Shown here: one piece after another, positions 12,782-24,379 of the stretch
Layout of the letters: each line of letters opens with the position of its first letter
Numbering within the stretch: the stretch's first letter is position 1
NCBI GenBank assembly: GCA_964016885.1
Contig: OZ024757.1
Location: forward strand, 37,324,001-37,388,000
From: Eledone cirrhosa
Lineage: Eukaryota
Direction: 5' to 3'
Length of the DNA stretch: 64,000 nucleotides
The notes under the pieces: model-generated
Seen by the model: the letters and a program-made list of their open reading frames with translations, nothing else
Databases searched by the model: none
Told to the model about the DNA's origin: nothing
Position numbers and translations under genes: made by a program

Positions 12782-15700
12782 CTGTAGAAGATAGAAATAT
12801 TTGTTTATGTATCATCATCATCATCAACATTTAATATGCATTTTCTCTGCTAGCAAGGATTAGATGGGTCCCACACAGACAATGTCAGTGTTTAATTGGA
12901 GTTACTGATCTCTCAGATGGTTCAGGGGCTTATATATCTTCCTGTACTCTATAGAGTGTACTGGGTGTATTTTATTGTGGCACAAGCACTAGGGAAGTCT
13001 CTAACACAACTGAAGACTCATTTTAATCCTTTGTTTGGCAAGTCTTCTAAAGCTGGATGACCTTCCTATCACCAACCAATTGGTCATCTTATGGCTATAG
13101 TAGAAGAGAGTCGGTCAAAGTGTCACTTAGTAAGAGTGAACATCGTAGAGTCGGTCAAAGTGTCATTTAGTAAGAGTGAACTTCTTAAATACTTGGCCAG
13201 CTAGTGGCTAAAGTAGAAGCCTGTTACCCAAGATGTCACTAAGTTGGAATAAAGGGCCCTTAAAACCCAGCCAGCCATAGCAGCTGCCCCAGGGTCAAGT
13301 CTCAACTCACCTGCATCTGTTCTTCCATCTGAGCTCTCATTGAGGCCATAGCAGATTCAGCTTCTTCTTCATCAGCGAGCATAATATCGTCAGAGTTGGC
13401 CCGTTGTTCTTCCACGAGGAGGAAAGTATCTGTCGTCTCCTCTTTAAGTAGACCTTGGCTCTGCCAATAGGCAATCTTTCTTCGGAGAGCTGTAGCTGGG
13501 ATCTGCAACACACTGCTAAGTTCTTCAACTGTCCACTGGTCTTTAGAAAAGACAACAAAAACGAAAATCACACAAATGCAAAGAAAAGTTATAAAGTTAT
13601 GTACTTCACATTTGCTTCTATTATTATTATTATGAGTTTGACTTTGCCTTTCATCCTTACGGGGTCGATAAAATAAAGTACCAGTAATGCACTGGGATAA
13701 TTGCTGGCCTTGTGCCAAAACGTAGAAACAATTATTATTATTATTAGGGGCGGTGGATTGGCAGTATCGATAGAGGGTCGGACGCCATGCTTTGACGCAT
13801 AGAGTTACGGCCCTTGCCATTCTGAGTTCAAATCCCGCCAAGGTTAACTTTGCCTTTCATCCTTACGGGGTCAATAAAATAAAGTACCAGTAATGCACTA
13901 GGTAATTGCTGGCCTTGTGCCAAAAGTAGAAACAATTATTATTATTATTGTTAAAATAAAGTACCAGTCATGCACTAGGGTTGATTTAATTGCTGGCCTT
14001 GTGCCTAAATCAGAAACAATTATTATTATAAGAAGTAGCTTACTTGAAGTATTGTATATGGTATAAAGAAATTCAAAGTTTGGACAGAGAATAATTAAAT
14101 CGTAAGAAACAGAGCTTGTTTTTTTACCTTAATTTATTTATATATCCTGATATTTCGAGGTTAATATCTCTTCTTCCGAGGAAAATAAAGGAACTACTCC
14201 AGTGTCTGATGTGTATTATTAGTGTGGTGGGAGTGAAGGATTGGCAGAATAACTAAGTTTCTTGTTAAGTTTGTGAAGGGGTAACAGTATCGGTAGAGCA
14301 TCCGACATCATGCTTTGTGGCATAGAGTTATGGCCCTTTACATTCCGAGTTCAAATCCTGCCGAGGTTAGCTTTGCCTTTCATCCTTACGGGGTCGATAA
14401 AATATAGTACCAGTAATGCACTGGGGCCAATTGTTTGCCTTGTGCCTAAATCAAAACATTAATATCATTGTTAAGGGCGGTGATTGGCAGTATTGGTAGA
14501 GGGTCGGACGCCATGCTTTGAAGCATAGAGTTACCGCCCTTTATGATCTGAGTTCAAATCCCGCCGAGGTTAACTTTGCCTTTCATCCTTACAGGGTCGA
14601 TAAAATAAAGTACCAGTAATACACTGGGGTAATTGCTGGCCTTGTGCCAAAAGTAGAAACAATTATTATCATTGTTAAAATTAATTCTATTGTGCGCTGT
14701 CACAGCATTACTGAGCACGGTTCAGTGTAACTTGGCCACCTGTAGTGTTGGCTTTGATGTAGTTTCTATTGTATTGAGACTATTTTCTGTAATATTACCA
14801 CCGCCTCTGAGATTTTCAGAGACCAGCTCACAGCACACCTGCCCAGGTGTGGTGAGAGCTTCCTATACTACAATGAATTGTTGCTTACCTTTGTTCTGAA
14901 ACTGCATTATGATAGCTGCATGTACAGGTGAGATGTTTAAGTTGAGCACTCTCTCTTTTAGTTCAATATCTATGTTGACTAGACCTGTAGGTAGAAGTAG
15001 GAACCAGACTGAAGTGGCTAGTGACAGGAGAGAGGGTGAGATTATATATGGAGAGAGAGAGAGAAGAATGAGTGTGATATCTCTCTCTCTCTTTCCATAT
15101 ATATATATATATATATATATCTCATCATCATTTTTACATCTGCTTTTTCACGCTTGCACTCACTTATACTCTTTCTCTCTCTCTATATATATATATATAT
15201 CACACACACATAGAGAGAGGGAGGCAATGAGATATATATAGAGAAAGAGAGAAGGAACGAGTGATACATATATAAATATGAGAGTGAGGGGGAAGGAATG
15301 AGTGGTACATATATATATGAGAGAGGGGGGGGGAGGAATGAGTGATACATATATATATATGAGAGAGAGGGGGAAGGAATGAGTGGTACATATATATATA
15401 TGAGAGAGAGGGGGGGGCAGGAATGAGTGATACATATATATATATGAGAGAGAGGGGGAAGGAATGAGTGGTACATATATATATATGAGAGAGAGGGGGA
15501 AGGAATGAGTGGTACATATATATATATATGAGAGAGGGGGGGGGGGCAGGAATGAGTGATACATATATATATATGAGAGAGAGGGGGAAGGAATGAGTGG
15601 TACATATATATATGTATATAAGCAGAAGGGATATTCAATTTGTTGGTAATTCAACAAATATAAATGTTTATAACTGATTTAGAGCACTCAACAGATTTTC

Positions 15701-17674
15701 TGGAGTATAATATTCAATGATATTAAATAAATGGAAACTATAGAGAGAGAGGGATTATAGGCAGTGTTTTTCATTAAAAAGTATAGTAAGGAAAGGATTA
15801 ATTCCTCTCAGAGTTCTGTGGTATGTTTACCTAAATGGGGTTTCCATATCAATGTGCGATTTCCTTTCCTTGATTCAAACTTTTTGGTGTAGTTCTCTAA
15901 ACAGGCCTGCATATTGTCAGGCAGGGTGAGTTTCTCTTCTCTGAAGGTTGGCCAACACTGAGCTGACAGAATCATAGCATTGATTTCAATATCCTACAAA
16001 AATAGAGTGAAAGAAACCAACTAATTTTGGCAGATGTATTATGTTTATAACCACCCCTTTAATGTCAAACTGACCACCCCACAGGTTTTATAATACTGTT
16101 TATTTTTTGTCTCCAAGTTCATCAGGCTGGTGCTCTACTAAACCTGGTTTTATCAGTGTTAAGTGAGTGAGACTATAAGACTATCCCCCTGGACAGGAAG
16201 CCAGTTCATCATAAGATTAAAGTCTGTCCTGAATCTGTGGTTCATCCGTGTACCAGACTATACCTGGACAGGATGCTAGTCCACCAAAAGGTTAACCGCA
16301 AGCTACTACTGTTACTCATTTTCAGCTGTGTGTACTGGAGCAATGTGAAATGAAGTGTTTTGCTCAAGAACATGATGTACCATCCACTCAAGATATTGAA
16401 TTGGCGACATTACCACTTTCAGAGTGTACTGGGTACATTTTATTGTGGCACCCAGCATTACCATTATTCAGAGTGTACTGGGTGCATTCTATTGAGGCAC
16501 CAGTATTACCATTATACAGTGTGTACTGGGTGCATTCTATTGAGGCACCAGCATTACCACTATACAGAGTGTACTGGGTGCATTCTATTGTGGGACCAGC
16601 ACTACCACTTTCAGAGTGTACTGGGTACATTTTATTGTGACACCAGCACTACCACTATACAGAGTGTACTGGGTGTATTTTATTGCAGCACCAACATTGA
16701 TAATTATATGTATGGCTGAGTGGATAAGAAGTTTGCTTAGAAATGATGAGGTGCCAGTTTGAATTCCACTGCAAATCATCTTGACCTTCCCCTAAGCTAT
16801 ATACAGCAACAGCAGGAGAAAGATAACTTACTTCAGCATTTTCTTCTGGCTCGTCTTTTTTCTTGTCCTCCTTTATAATAGCATTGATACGTCTGGAGTC
16901 TGTAACATCTTTGAGCATCACCTCGCAGTAATGGAGTTGAGATTCACCGAATCGCAGCTTCAGCAACTCCAGGTAGCGAATCTCTCGTTCGGTGTCGTAG
17001 TTGAACTGCGACAGGATGCGATCAGCCAGCAGGTTGCGGTATTCATTAACAAACAGCTCTTTGCTTCCATAGATGTTCACCAGCATGCTGATAATGTCCG
17101 ACGTTCTTCTCACTTTTGACATGGAGGCTGCATTTGACAGGACAAAGAAAGAATAAAAAGAAGAATTAGCAACATAAAGTTGTTCTCCATCTTTTCGGGG
17201 TGGTTTCTACAGCTGGACGCCCTTCCTAACACTAATCACGATGATGATAGTGGTGATGGTATGATGGTGATGATGCTGATGATAACGGTGGTGATGGTGA
17301 TGATGATAATGATGGTGATGATAATGGTGGTGGTGATGATGATGGTGGAGATTGAATGGTGATGGTGGCGGTGATAGTGATGATAATGATGGTAAAGGTG
17401 GTGGTGGTGGTAAAGGTAGTGATAATGGTGATGCTAATGGTGGTGATGGTGAACATATCTTACTTGGATCAGCATCTACCGGATCTGGTATCCATTTGTT
17501 CCAATCTTCGTCATCACTGGCAGCGTTGTCATCAACGATGTGAGGCAACCCTCGGATCAACTCATCGGAAAGTTCATTGACTCCCTCCTCTGTTAAGCTG
17601 GACACTATACACCGGACTGTGTTGTCTCGATCTCTACAATGGGTTAGACACATGACTACTGTGTTATATGATGG

Positions 17675-17759
<85 letters not shown>

Positions 17760-18645
17760 TATTTAAAACATCACATTCCAGAAGGATGGAAATAACATAT
17801 ATTGCATAACACTGACACGTGTTTCATTGTATGTGTTACACATCCGTCTAGGATCACTAATATTTGACTATTTCAATCAAATTCTCTCACCTTTCTGTTC
17901 AAACTAGCCGTAACTGGCCACTCATACGTACATTAAGGTATTGTTTTCAAAATAAATAACATCAAAATCTTGTACATTTGATATTATGTAAGATAAAGCC
18001 TTTACTGTGAAAGTACAATAGTATATATAGAGTAATGTAAATGTTAAAGGGTTAACGTTCATTTTTCCATGCTAGGATAGTTTAGACAAGTTGTCCCATT
18101 GTGAGACAAGTTAGATCAGAGAATGGGAGCAGAAGATAGAGAAAGGGAGAGATGAGGAAAGGGACAGAAGATTGTGATGGTTTGTTTGATATAGACAACA
18201 AAATAGAAAGATAAGTGATTGGCAAGGGTTGTGGCTACCTTAAATATTTCTGTACAGGTTCACAAACCAGCTCCAGTATCACACCTGCTGGGTCCAACAC
18301 ACGTAGGGCCCGGATTGCCGAAATATAAGCAGCAAGGATGTTAGATGTATTCACACCTAAAAGATAGAATAATAATAATAATAATAATAATAATAAGTAA
18401 TGGAGACTCAAGTTATTTATTTATGTGTGTATTATTATATATAAAAAATATGCATATATATATTCTGTTTCTCCATTGAGATTCTGTCTATTTATACTCC
18501 CGACACATCCAACTTTCTTTCCTCTTTCCAATATAAAGCGTGAAACTAATAAGACATTTTGTACCTCTGTTTGCTGTCTCTTTGAACTATATATATATCA
18601 TCATCATCATCGTTTAACATCCATCTTCCACGCTTGCATGGGTTT

Positions 18646-18708
<63 letters not shown>

Positions 18709-21700
18709 TTGGAGTTGTTAGAACATCTGATAGAATACTTTGCACTTTGCAGTATTCGATGTGGGTTTGTGAGTGTTGGTTTTCAGCAGATTTATATAGC
18801 TTTGGTGGCCTGGGTATGGGTGTTGGGGACATGGAGATCCTAGTCTGGTGTTCAGTCCTAGCCAGGAGCTGAACATCCTGAAGGCGGTGGGGTTGATATT
18901 TGACCACATAGGTGGCCACAGGGTTATAGAGGTTTGCTCTCTTGAGTGAGGAGGTGAAGGGAAAGGAAAGTGAGGCAGGGTGGGTAGAGGGGTAGGAGAG
19001 GGTAAAATTGGTGAGCCTTACCTGGGTGAAGTAATCTGTTCTCTAAAGCTTCTTTGAGAGAAACAACAAGATGGGAACGGAGATCTGTCTTCATGAGGCA
19101 GTTCTTCAGATCCAGAATGGCCGGTTCTGACTCTGGGTAATCTATAATGATGCTGAACAGTTGGTCGATTAGAGTACCAGCGTAGTTCTCATACATGTAC
19201 TGACGGAGTGTGTCTTTGAACTCCTTTAACGATTGTAGTTCTGAGGGTGACATCTGGTTTGAGCACCAGACTAGGTCCAGCCAGCCTAAAACTTTCTTGT
19301 CGAGCCACTGGAAATACAGAAAAATAAAAACATGAGATATACAGTGTCCTCCCAAAATGTATACACACTTTGATTACCTGTACAGGCACTAGAATGCTGT
19401 TGAAGTGTATATATTTTTGGGGGACGCCCTGTATATCATCATCATCATCATTTTATGTCCACTTTTCCCTGCTTGCAAGGGTGGGACGGGAACTGATTCT
19501 GGCTTGATTTCTACAGCTGGATGCCCTTCCTAACACCAACCTCATTTACAGTGAGTGCTGGGTGCTTTTTTGCCGTGGCACCTCCACGTCCACTTTGCAG
19601 TGGAATGATAGGGACTGGGGTCCCTATCATCTCATTTCTACAGCTGAGTAAACTGGAGCAATGTGAAATAAAGTGTCTTGCTCAAGGAAACAACACATCA
19701 CCCGGTCCGAGAATTGAACTCACAACCTTTCGATTGCAAGCCCAATGCTCTAACCACTAAGCCATGTGCCTTCATATATATATATATATATATACACACA
19801 TCCAATAGAATTTCAAACAAATGTGTCAAAAAATTGGTTTGCCCGTAAAATTTGTCTAGTGATTCTTTCCCGAGAGATTCTAACCACATGCCCATAGTAT
19901 ATATATACACACACACACAGATTCATACAAAAGTCTTACCTTTTCTAAACTCTCCAGAAATGTAGTCTCAAGGTTTCCTCGACACTTTAACTCAATGTGT
20001 TGTTTGGTAGTTCGATGTACAATGGTCGTGATACATGAACCAGCCATTTTACTCAACAAATTCAGTTTGTCACTGTAAATTATAAAAAAAAAAAACATAA
20101 ATAAATTTTAGAATAAGTAAGATAAAGTAATGTATCTTTCTTAACTGGTATTTTATTTTCTCGACTTCAGAAGTGTGCAGGAGAGAAGACTGCGATGGTA
20201 TGGACATGTGATGCGCATGGAGGATGACCGCTGGGTAAAGAAGTGCCAAGAAATCCCAGTAGAAGGAAGATGCAGTAGAGGAAGACCACGAAAAACATGG
20301 GTGGAGGTGGTGAGAGCAGACCTCGGATCGTTGAAGCTCACGGAGGAGATGACGAAGGATCGTGACAAGTGGAGAGATGCTGTGCTGAATAGGACCCGTC
20401 TCACCCTTGCAAGGAAGGAAAAGTGGATGTAAAATGATGATGATGAGAAGAAGGAAAAGTAAAGTTTACCGCAGCAGGATTTGATCTCAGAACATAAAAA
20501 GCTGTCAAAAATACAACAAAGCATTTGTCCAACATTTTAATGACTCTGCAAATCCACAGCCCTAACAGTTGTATAAATACAGAAATATTTGTTATCAACT
20601 CACAGTTTTCTGTTTATGGTATGGAATGATTCCATGAACTCAGCACATTTGCATTCATCTTGTTCTTCATCACAGCCATTGCAATGACCAAGTTCTGAAG
20701 ATTCAGCTAATTTTTCATCATCTGTAACAAAAAATAAAAAAGAATATTTATGTTTCTTGTTTTTTCTGACTACACATACATACAGCGACACATGTATATA
20801 TATATAAAAACCTACTACAGTCAGTAGGCATCTCTATCAAAACACACACCCGTCCCACCACCTCCACCCCATCCACACCGCCCCTTTCAATGTAAAGTTA
20901 TGTTGGTCCCACAACATCCAGGCCGAAACAAATGAGATCGTGTAGGTGTCACGACAAAAAAACACACAGTCCACGCTGTAAATGTGGCCGTGTAGGCAAC
21001 ACGGTAAAAACCTCCCAGCCCCACACTGTAAATGTGGTTGGTGTTAGGAAGGGCATCCAGCTGTAGAAAACCCGCCAGACAGTCCATGCTGTAATGTGGC
21101 CGTGTAGGCAACACGGTAAAAACCTCCCAGCCCCACACTGTAAATGTGGTTGGTGTTAGGAAGGGCATCCAGCTGTAGAAAACCCGCCAGACAGTCCTAT
21201 GCGAGCAAGACAACCACTCTTGCCTCAAGTGGGAAAACCCCTGTCCAAACCCATGCAAGCGTGGAACACGGACGCTAAACCTGATGATGATGATGATATA
21301 TAAAGGAAAAAAAAAGAAGGAAGAGACTCCCCCCCTCAAAAAAAAAACACTGTCCACGCTGTAAAGTGGTCGTGTAGGTAACACGGTAAAAAGCTCCCAG
21401 TCCACATTGTAAATGTGGTTGGTGTTAGGAAGGGCATCCAGCCATAGAAAACCTGCCAGATAGTCCTATACAAGCGAGACACGGTCACCCGACCAATCTT
21501 ACCTCAAGTGGGACAATTCCCATCTAACCTATGCTAGCGTGGAAGATAGATGTTAAACGACGATGATGATGATATAATGCATGCTTGGTCCCTAACTTCT
21601 GAGGGAATCCTAGGGGTGCTGTGTTGACATACAACATTCCTAGGTCATTATTAAACCTGGAAAATAGATGGGCGGTAGATGGCAGAATTGGTAGAGCATC

Positions 21701-23252
21701 AGACAGCATGCTTTGCAGCATAGAGTTCAAATCCCACCGAGGTTAACTTTGTCTTTCATCCTTACGGGGTCGATAGAATAAAGTACCAGTAATACACTGG
21801 AATAATTGCTGGCCTTGTGCCAAAAGTAGAAACAATTATTAATCCTGGCAGAACCCATCTCTTCTCCAGGTCTGAATATAGCAGATTTCTGTCAAAGAAG
21901 GATAGAAAGTGAGAAGATGGAAGTGAGAAAGAGATATAGAAGAATAATTGACCCCAGCACTAGACCAGTACTTTTTTTATCGACCTCGAATGGATAAAAG
22001 GCAACATTGATTATGTAATTGTTTACATAATGGTTTCTGATTCAGGCACAAGGCCAGCAATTTTTGGGAAGGGGAAAGTCGATTAAATTGACCACAGTGC
22101 ATGACTGGTACTTTATTTTATTGACCTCGTAAAGACGAAAAGCAAAGCTAACCTTGGCGGGATGTGAACTCAGAATGTAAAGAGCCGTAACCCTATGCCG
22201 CTGAGCATGTTGCCCGACGCTCTACCGATTCTGCCAATCCACTGCCCTTACATAATGCTAACTTACCTTGGTCATCACTGCTTGTATGTTGATACACCTT
22301 GAAAGCTTTCAAATAGAAATTTTCTGTCACTTTGAAGATTTTTCGATCTTTAGAAGAAAACAACAAAGCTTTACAGAGAGTTGTAGCAGTTTCTTTCAGC
22401 GACTTCTTGAAGAGCGTTCCAGTTCTGAAGTTGGACGGTGGGTATCTGTTTATGATTTGCTCAATTTTCTCAATGCTGTCGTTGTGTTTGTCGAGTGCTG
22501 AATACAGGTATTCAACAGCCAACACAAAGTTACCCAGCTGATCAGCAGGTGAGTCTTTTTCCTCAGCAAAGTATTGCCAGAACTTTGGAGCAATCTTCTC
22601 CCTCATTTCACTTTGAACATATTCAATGAACCAGTCTTCAATGATGTGTGTCAGTTGGTGTTGATGAAGGACCTCTATAGCAGCATTGAATTCAGATTCG
22701 TTTACAGGGGGACAAACAGTTTTTTCCTGGGGAGAAGATAGAAGCTGAAAAAAAAAAAATTTATATATACTTATTAAAATAACAGATTAAAGTTTAAGCA
22801 AAGAATCGCTGCTTTCAGAAGATCCCGTTAAGGGTGAAAGCAGCGATTCTTTGCTTAAACTTTAATCTGTTATTTTAATAAATATTTGCTCTGTGGTTTT
22901 ATATATTTTGATATATATATATTTATCCTTATCGAACCCTCTTCGGATTTTAATCTTCACATTATTATTACTATATATATAAATAAAGTATTTCTGTGGA
23001 AAAGGTAAAGGAAAGAAGAGTGCTCTATGTATAATACAGAGCTATTTAATTATGTAATAAACAACACAATATAATTATTCCATTACCCAAGATTTCACAA
23101 AGACAGGCGACCCCAACAGAGGCGTCCAAAGTCGTTCATCAGAAGGGAAATTTAATTTCCCTTCTGATGAACGACTTTGGACGCCTCTGTTGGGGTCGCC
23201 TGTCTTTGTGAAATCTTGGGTAATGGAATAATTATATTGTGTTGTTTATTAG

Positions 23253-23298
<46 letters not shown>

Positions 23299-24379
23299 CG
23301 AAGGAATTGTGGTAAGGAACCAGATGGACCATAACGCACCAAAGTACTCAATACTTAGGGTAGTAGAGTGGGTAATAGGAACAAGTATGACCCCAACGGC
23401 AGAGCTCAAGCCGTTTCGACGGCTAATTCTGGACTGAATTAGCCGTCGAAACGGCTTGAGCTCTGCCGCCGGGGTCATACTTGTTCCTACATATATATAT
23501 ACAGAGTGACCATAAAAACACTCTTTGATTTCAAATACTTATAAATATGAAAACTTAAAGGACTATTCTTACAATATCTGGGGCTACAGTTGCATAAACT
23601 AACAAAGATTCGTGTGGTATTGGTTGATATAGACACTCGATGTCTTCCCCCTTTTGTGGCTCGGCAAACATCAATGTGATAATCCAGCTTGGTGTATATA
23701 TGGAAGGGCATCCTGCCATAGAAACCTAGCCAGAAATAATTCTATATGAGGAAGACACTCACCTGACCCACCTTGCCTAGACCCAAAGAGCTAACCCCTG
23801 CTTTAGAAAAATGTCTTCGAATGGCTCTAGTGTCCGCCTGTCTATGTTTGTGACCCACAACGTAGCGGGTCGATAAAATGAAAACTGGGGTCAAAATGAA
23901 TGACTAAATCAAGGCAGTATCCCAGCATGGCCGCAATCTAATTGATTAACCATATATAATATATATTGTTGGGAGGGTCATGCTCTATGGTTGTTTATAT
24001 AAACAACCAGCCGGAAATTTGTAAGAAATTGAAGTGAAAGGAAACAGGTGCGTGTGTTTTTATTGACAGCATGACCCTCCCTAAGTATAACAATATCTGT
24101 TTCAACACATTTTTAGATAAATCTTGCAAAACAAATTCAAAACGAAGTATATATTGTGTGTGTGTAAGTATATATATATATAATGTGTGTGTGTACCTGG
24201 ATCTATATTTCTCTCTCTTTCTCTCTCTATATATATATGTGTGTATGTATATATATATATATAGGTAACGATAATTCTATGATTTAGAAATATACTCTAC
24301 TTACGTTCGGTGGTAGCGATGGAATTAAGACCTGGGTGGCCAGATCCCAGGCGTTATTCAAAGAATCGTAGCTCGACAT
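12575..24379 (-). CDS. ANAPC2: Anaphase-promoting complex subunit 2 (cullin-homology scaffold), complete CDS, 12 exons, 789 aa
   Basis: Exons 24379-24305, 22744-22267, 20721-20604, 20072-19940, 19307-19022, 18356-18239, 17633-17464, 17127-16832, 15993-15831, 14984-14889, 13540-13311, 12781-12575. All are GT-AG and phase-consistent, totalling 2370 nt. Diagnostic APC2 motifs: LFSIIIDYPESEPAILDLK, RLLHPGVNT, WIPDPVDADP, SDIISMLVNIYGSKELFVNEYR, LELLKLRFGE, YIVGMLTNLESL. Confidence 0.96.
13311..13540 (-). CDS. ANAPC2: ANAPC2 exon 11
   Basis: DQWTVEELSSVLQIPATALRRKIAYWQSQGLLKE...AESAMASMRAQMEEQMQ, gtgagt donor. Confidence 0.93.
13635..14668 (+). mobile_element. Cluster of about five co-oriented family A SINE copies in ANAPC2 intron 10
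   Basis: Repeated GCCTTTCATCCTTACGGGGTC...GCTGGCCTTGTGCC...GAAACAATTATT. Confidence 0.8.
14889..14984 (-). CDS. ANAPC2: ANAPC2 exon 10
   Basis: GLVNIDIELKERVLNLNISPVHAAIIMQFQNK, gtaagc donor. Confidence 0.92.
15250..15612. repeat. ~44-bp minisatellite (GGAAGGAATGAGTGGTACATATATATATGAGAGAG)
   Basis: About eight variable copies. Confidence 0.8.
15831..15993 (-). CDS. ANAPC2: ANAPC2 exon 9
   Basis: DIEINAMILSAQCWPTFREE...YTKKFESRKGNRTLIWKPHL (cullin motif), gtaaac donor. Confidence 0.93.
16410..16692. repeat. 48-bp tandem repeat derived from a SINE internal unit
   Basis: About six copies of CAGAGTGTACTGGGTGCATTCTATTGAGGCACCAGCATTACCACTATA. Confidence 0.8.
16832..17127 (-). CDS. ANAPC2: ANAPC2 exon 8
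   Basis: SDIISMLVNIYGSKELFVNEYRNLLADR...LELLKLRFGE...CEVMLKD, gtaagt donor. Confidence 0.95.
17464..17633 (-). CDS. ANAPC2: ANAPC2 exon 7
   Basis: DRDNTVRCIVSSLT...WIPDPVDADP, gtaaga donor. Confidence 0.94.
17878..18055 (+). mobile_element. piggyBac-like MITE, 5' end lost
   Basis: Same internal sequence, ends AAAGGGTTAA. Confidence 0.65.
18239..18356 (-). CDS. ANAPC2: ANAPC2 exon 6
   Basis: GVNTSNILAAYISAIRALRVLDPAGVILELVCEPVQKYLR (not in the ORF track; read by hand). Confidence 0.93.
19022..19307 (-). CDS. ANAPC2: ANAPC2 exon 5
   Basis: WLDKKVLGWL...LFSIIIDYPESEPAILDLK...RLLHP, gtaagg donor. Confidence 0.95.
19340..19433. mobile_element. Tc1/mariner-like MITE
   Basis: TA|CAGTGTCCTCCCAAAATGTATACAC...GTGTATATATTTTTGGGGGACGCCCTG|TA imperfect terminal inverted repeats. 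Confidence 0.55.
19436..19772 (-). mobile_element. tRNA-derived SINE (family B) with RTE-type tail, full length
   Basis: Head GGCACATGGCTTAGTGGTTAG...GAGTTCAATTC, central CCTTGAGCAAGACACTT, 11-bp hairpin, GGTGTTAGGAAGGGCATCCAGC, (GAT)n tail; 5' half also at 4488-4653. Confidence 0.75.
19940..20072 (-). CDS. ANAPC2: ANAPC2 exon 4
   Basis: DKLNLLSKMAG...CRGNLETTFLESLEK, gtaaga donor. Confidence 0.9.
20172..20446 (+). mobile_element. RTE-clade LINE 3' fragment
   Basis: [23 protein letters not shown]...GRCSRGRPRKTW, ending in (GAT)n. Confidence 0.8.
20604..20721 (-). CDS. ANAPC2: ANAPC2 exon 3
   Basis: DDEKLAES...CNGCDEEQDECKC...FHTINRKL, gtgagt donor. Confidence 0.9.
20935..21572 (+). mobile_element. 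Two RTE-tailed SINE 3' parts, the first with an internal ~120-bp duplication
   Basis: GGTGTTAGGAAGGGCATCCAGC...CATGCAAGCGTGGAA...(GAT)n. Confidence 0.65.
21670..22247. mobile_element. Family A SINE copies: plus (21670-21840), minus variant (21845-22010), minus (22032-22247)
   Basis: Sequence identity to other copies. Confidence 0.7.
22267..22744 (-). CDS. ANAPC2: ANAPC2 exon 2
   Basis: poly-T cag acceptor, IIEDWFIEYVQSEMREKIAPKFWQYF..., gtaagt donor. Confidence 0.92.
22771..22881. mobile_element. Fold-back element next to ANAPC2 exon 2 acceptor
   Basis: 47-bp perfect inverted arms; loop GAAGA-T-CCC[GTTAA]GGG followed by TGAAA. Confidence 0.7.
23048..23258. mobile_element. (TA)n-embedded near-perfect palindrome
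   Basis: About 105-bp arms centred at 23153 with essentially no spacer; CTGATGA about 10 nt from the centre. Confidence 0.75.
23297..23489. mobile_element. (TA)n-embedded element with terminal fold-back (23376-23489)
   Basis: About 54-bp arms. The same family occurs in opposite orientation at 39744-39946 and degenerately near 6560-6690. Confidence 0.7.
23963..24096. mobile_element. MITE-like element with terminal inverted repeats
   Basis: ATATTGTT..GGGAGGGTCATGCT / AGCATGACCCTCCC..AACAATAT; the same terminus recurs at about 62820-62846. Confidence 0.5.
24305..24379 (-). CDS. ANAPC2: ANAPC2 exon 1
   Basis: MSSYDSLNNAWDLATQVLIPSLPPN then gtaagt donor; in-frame TAA directly upstream of the ATG. 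Confidence 0.85.
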
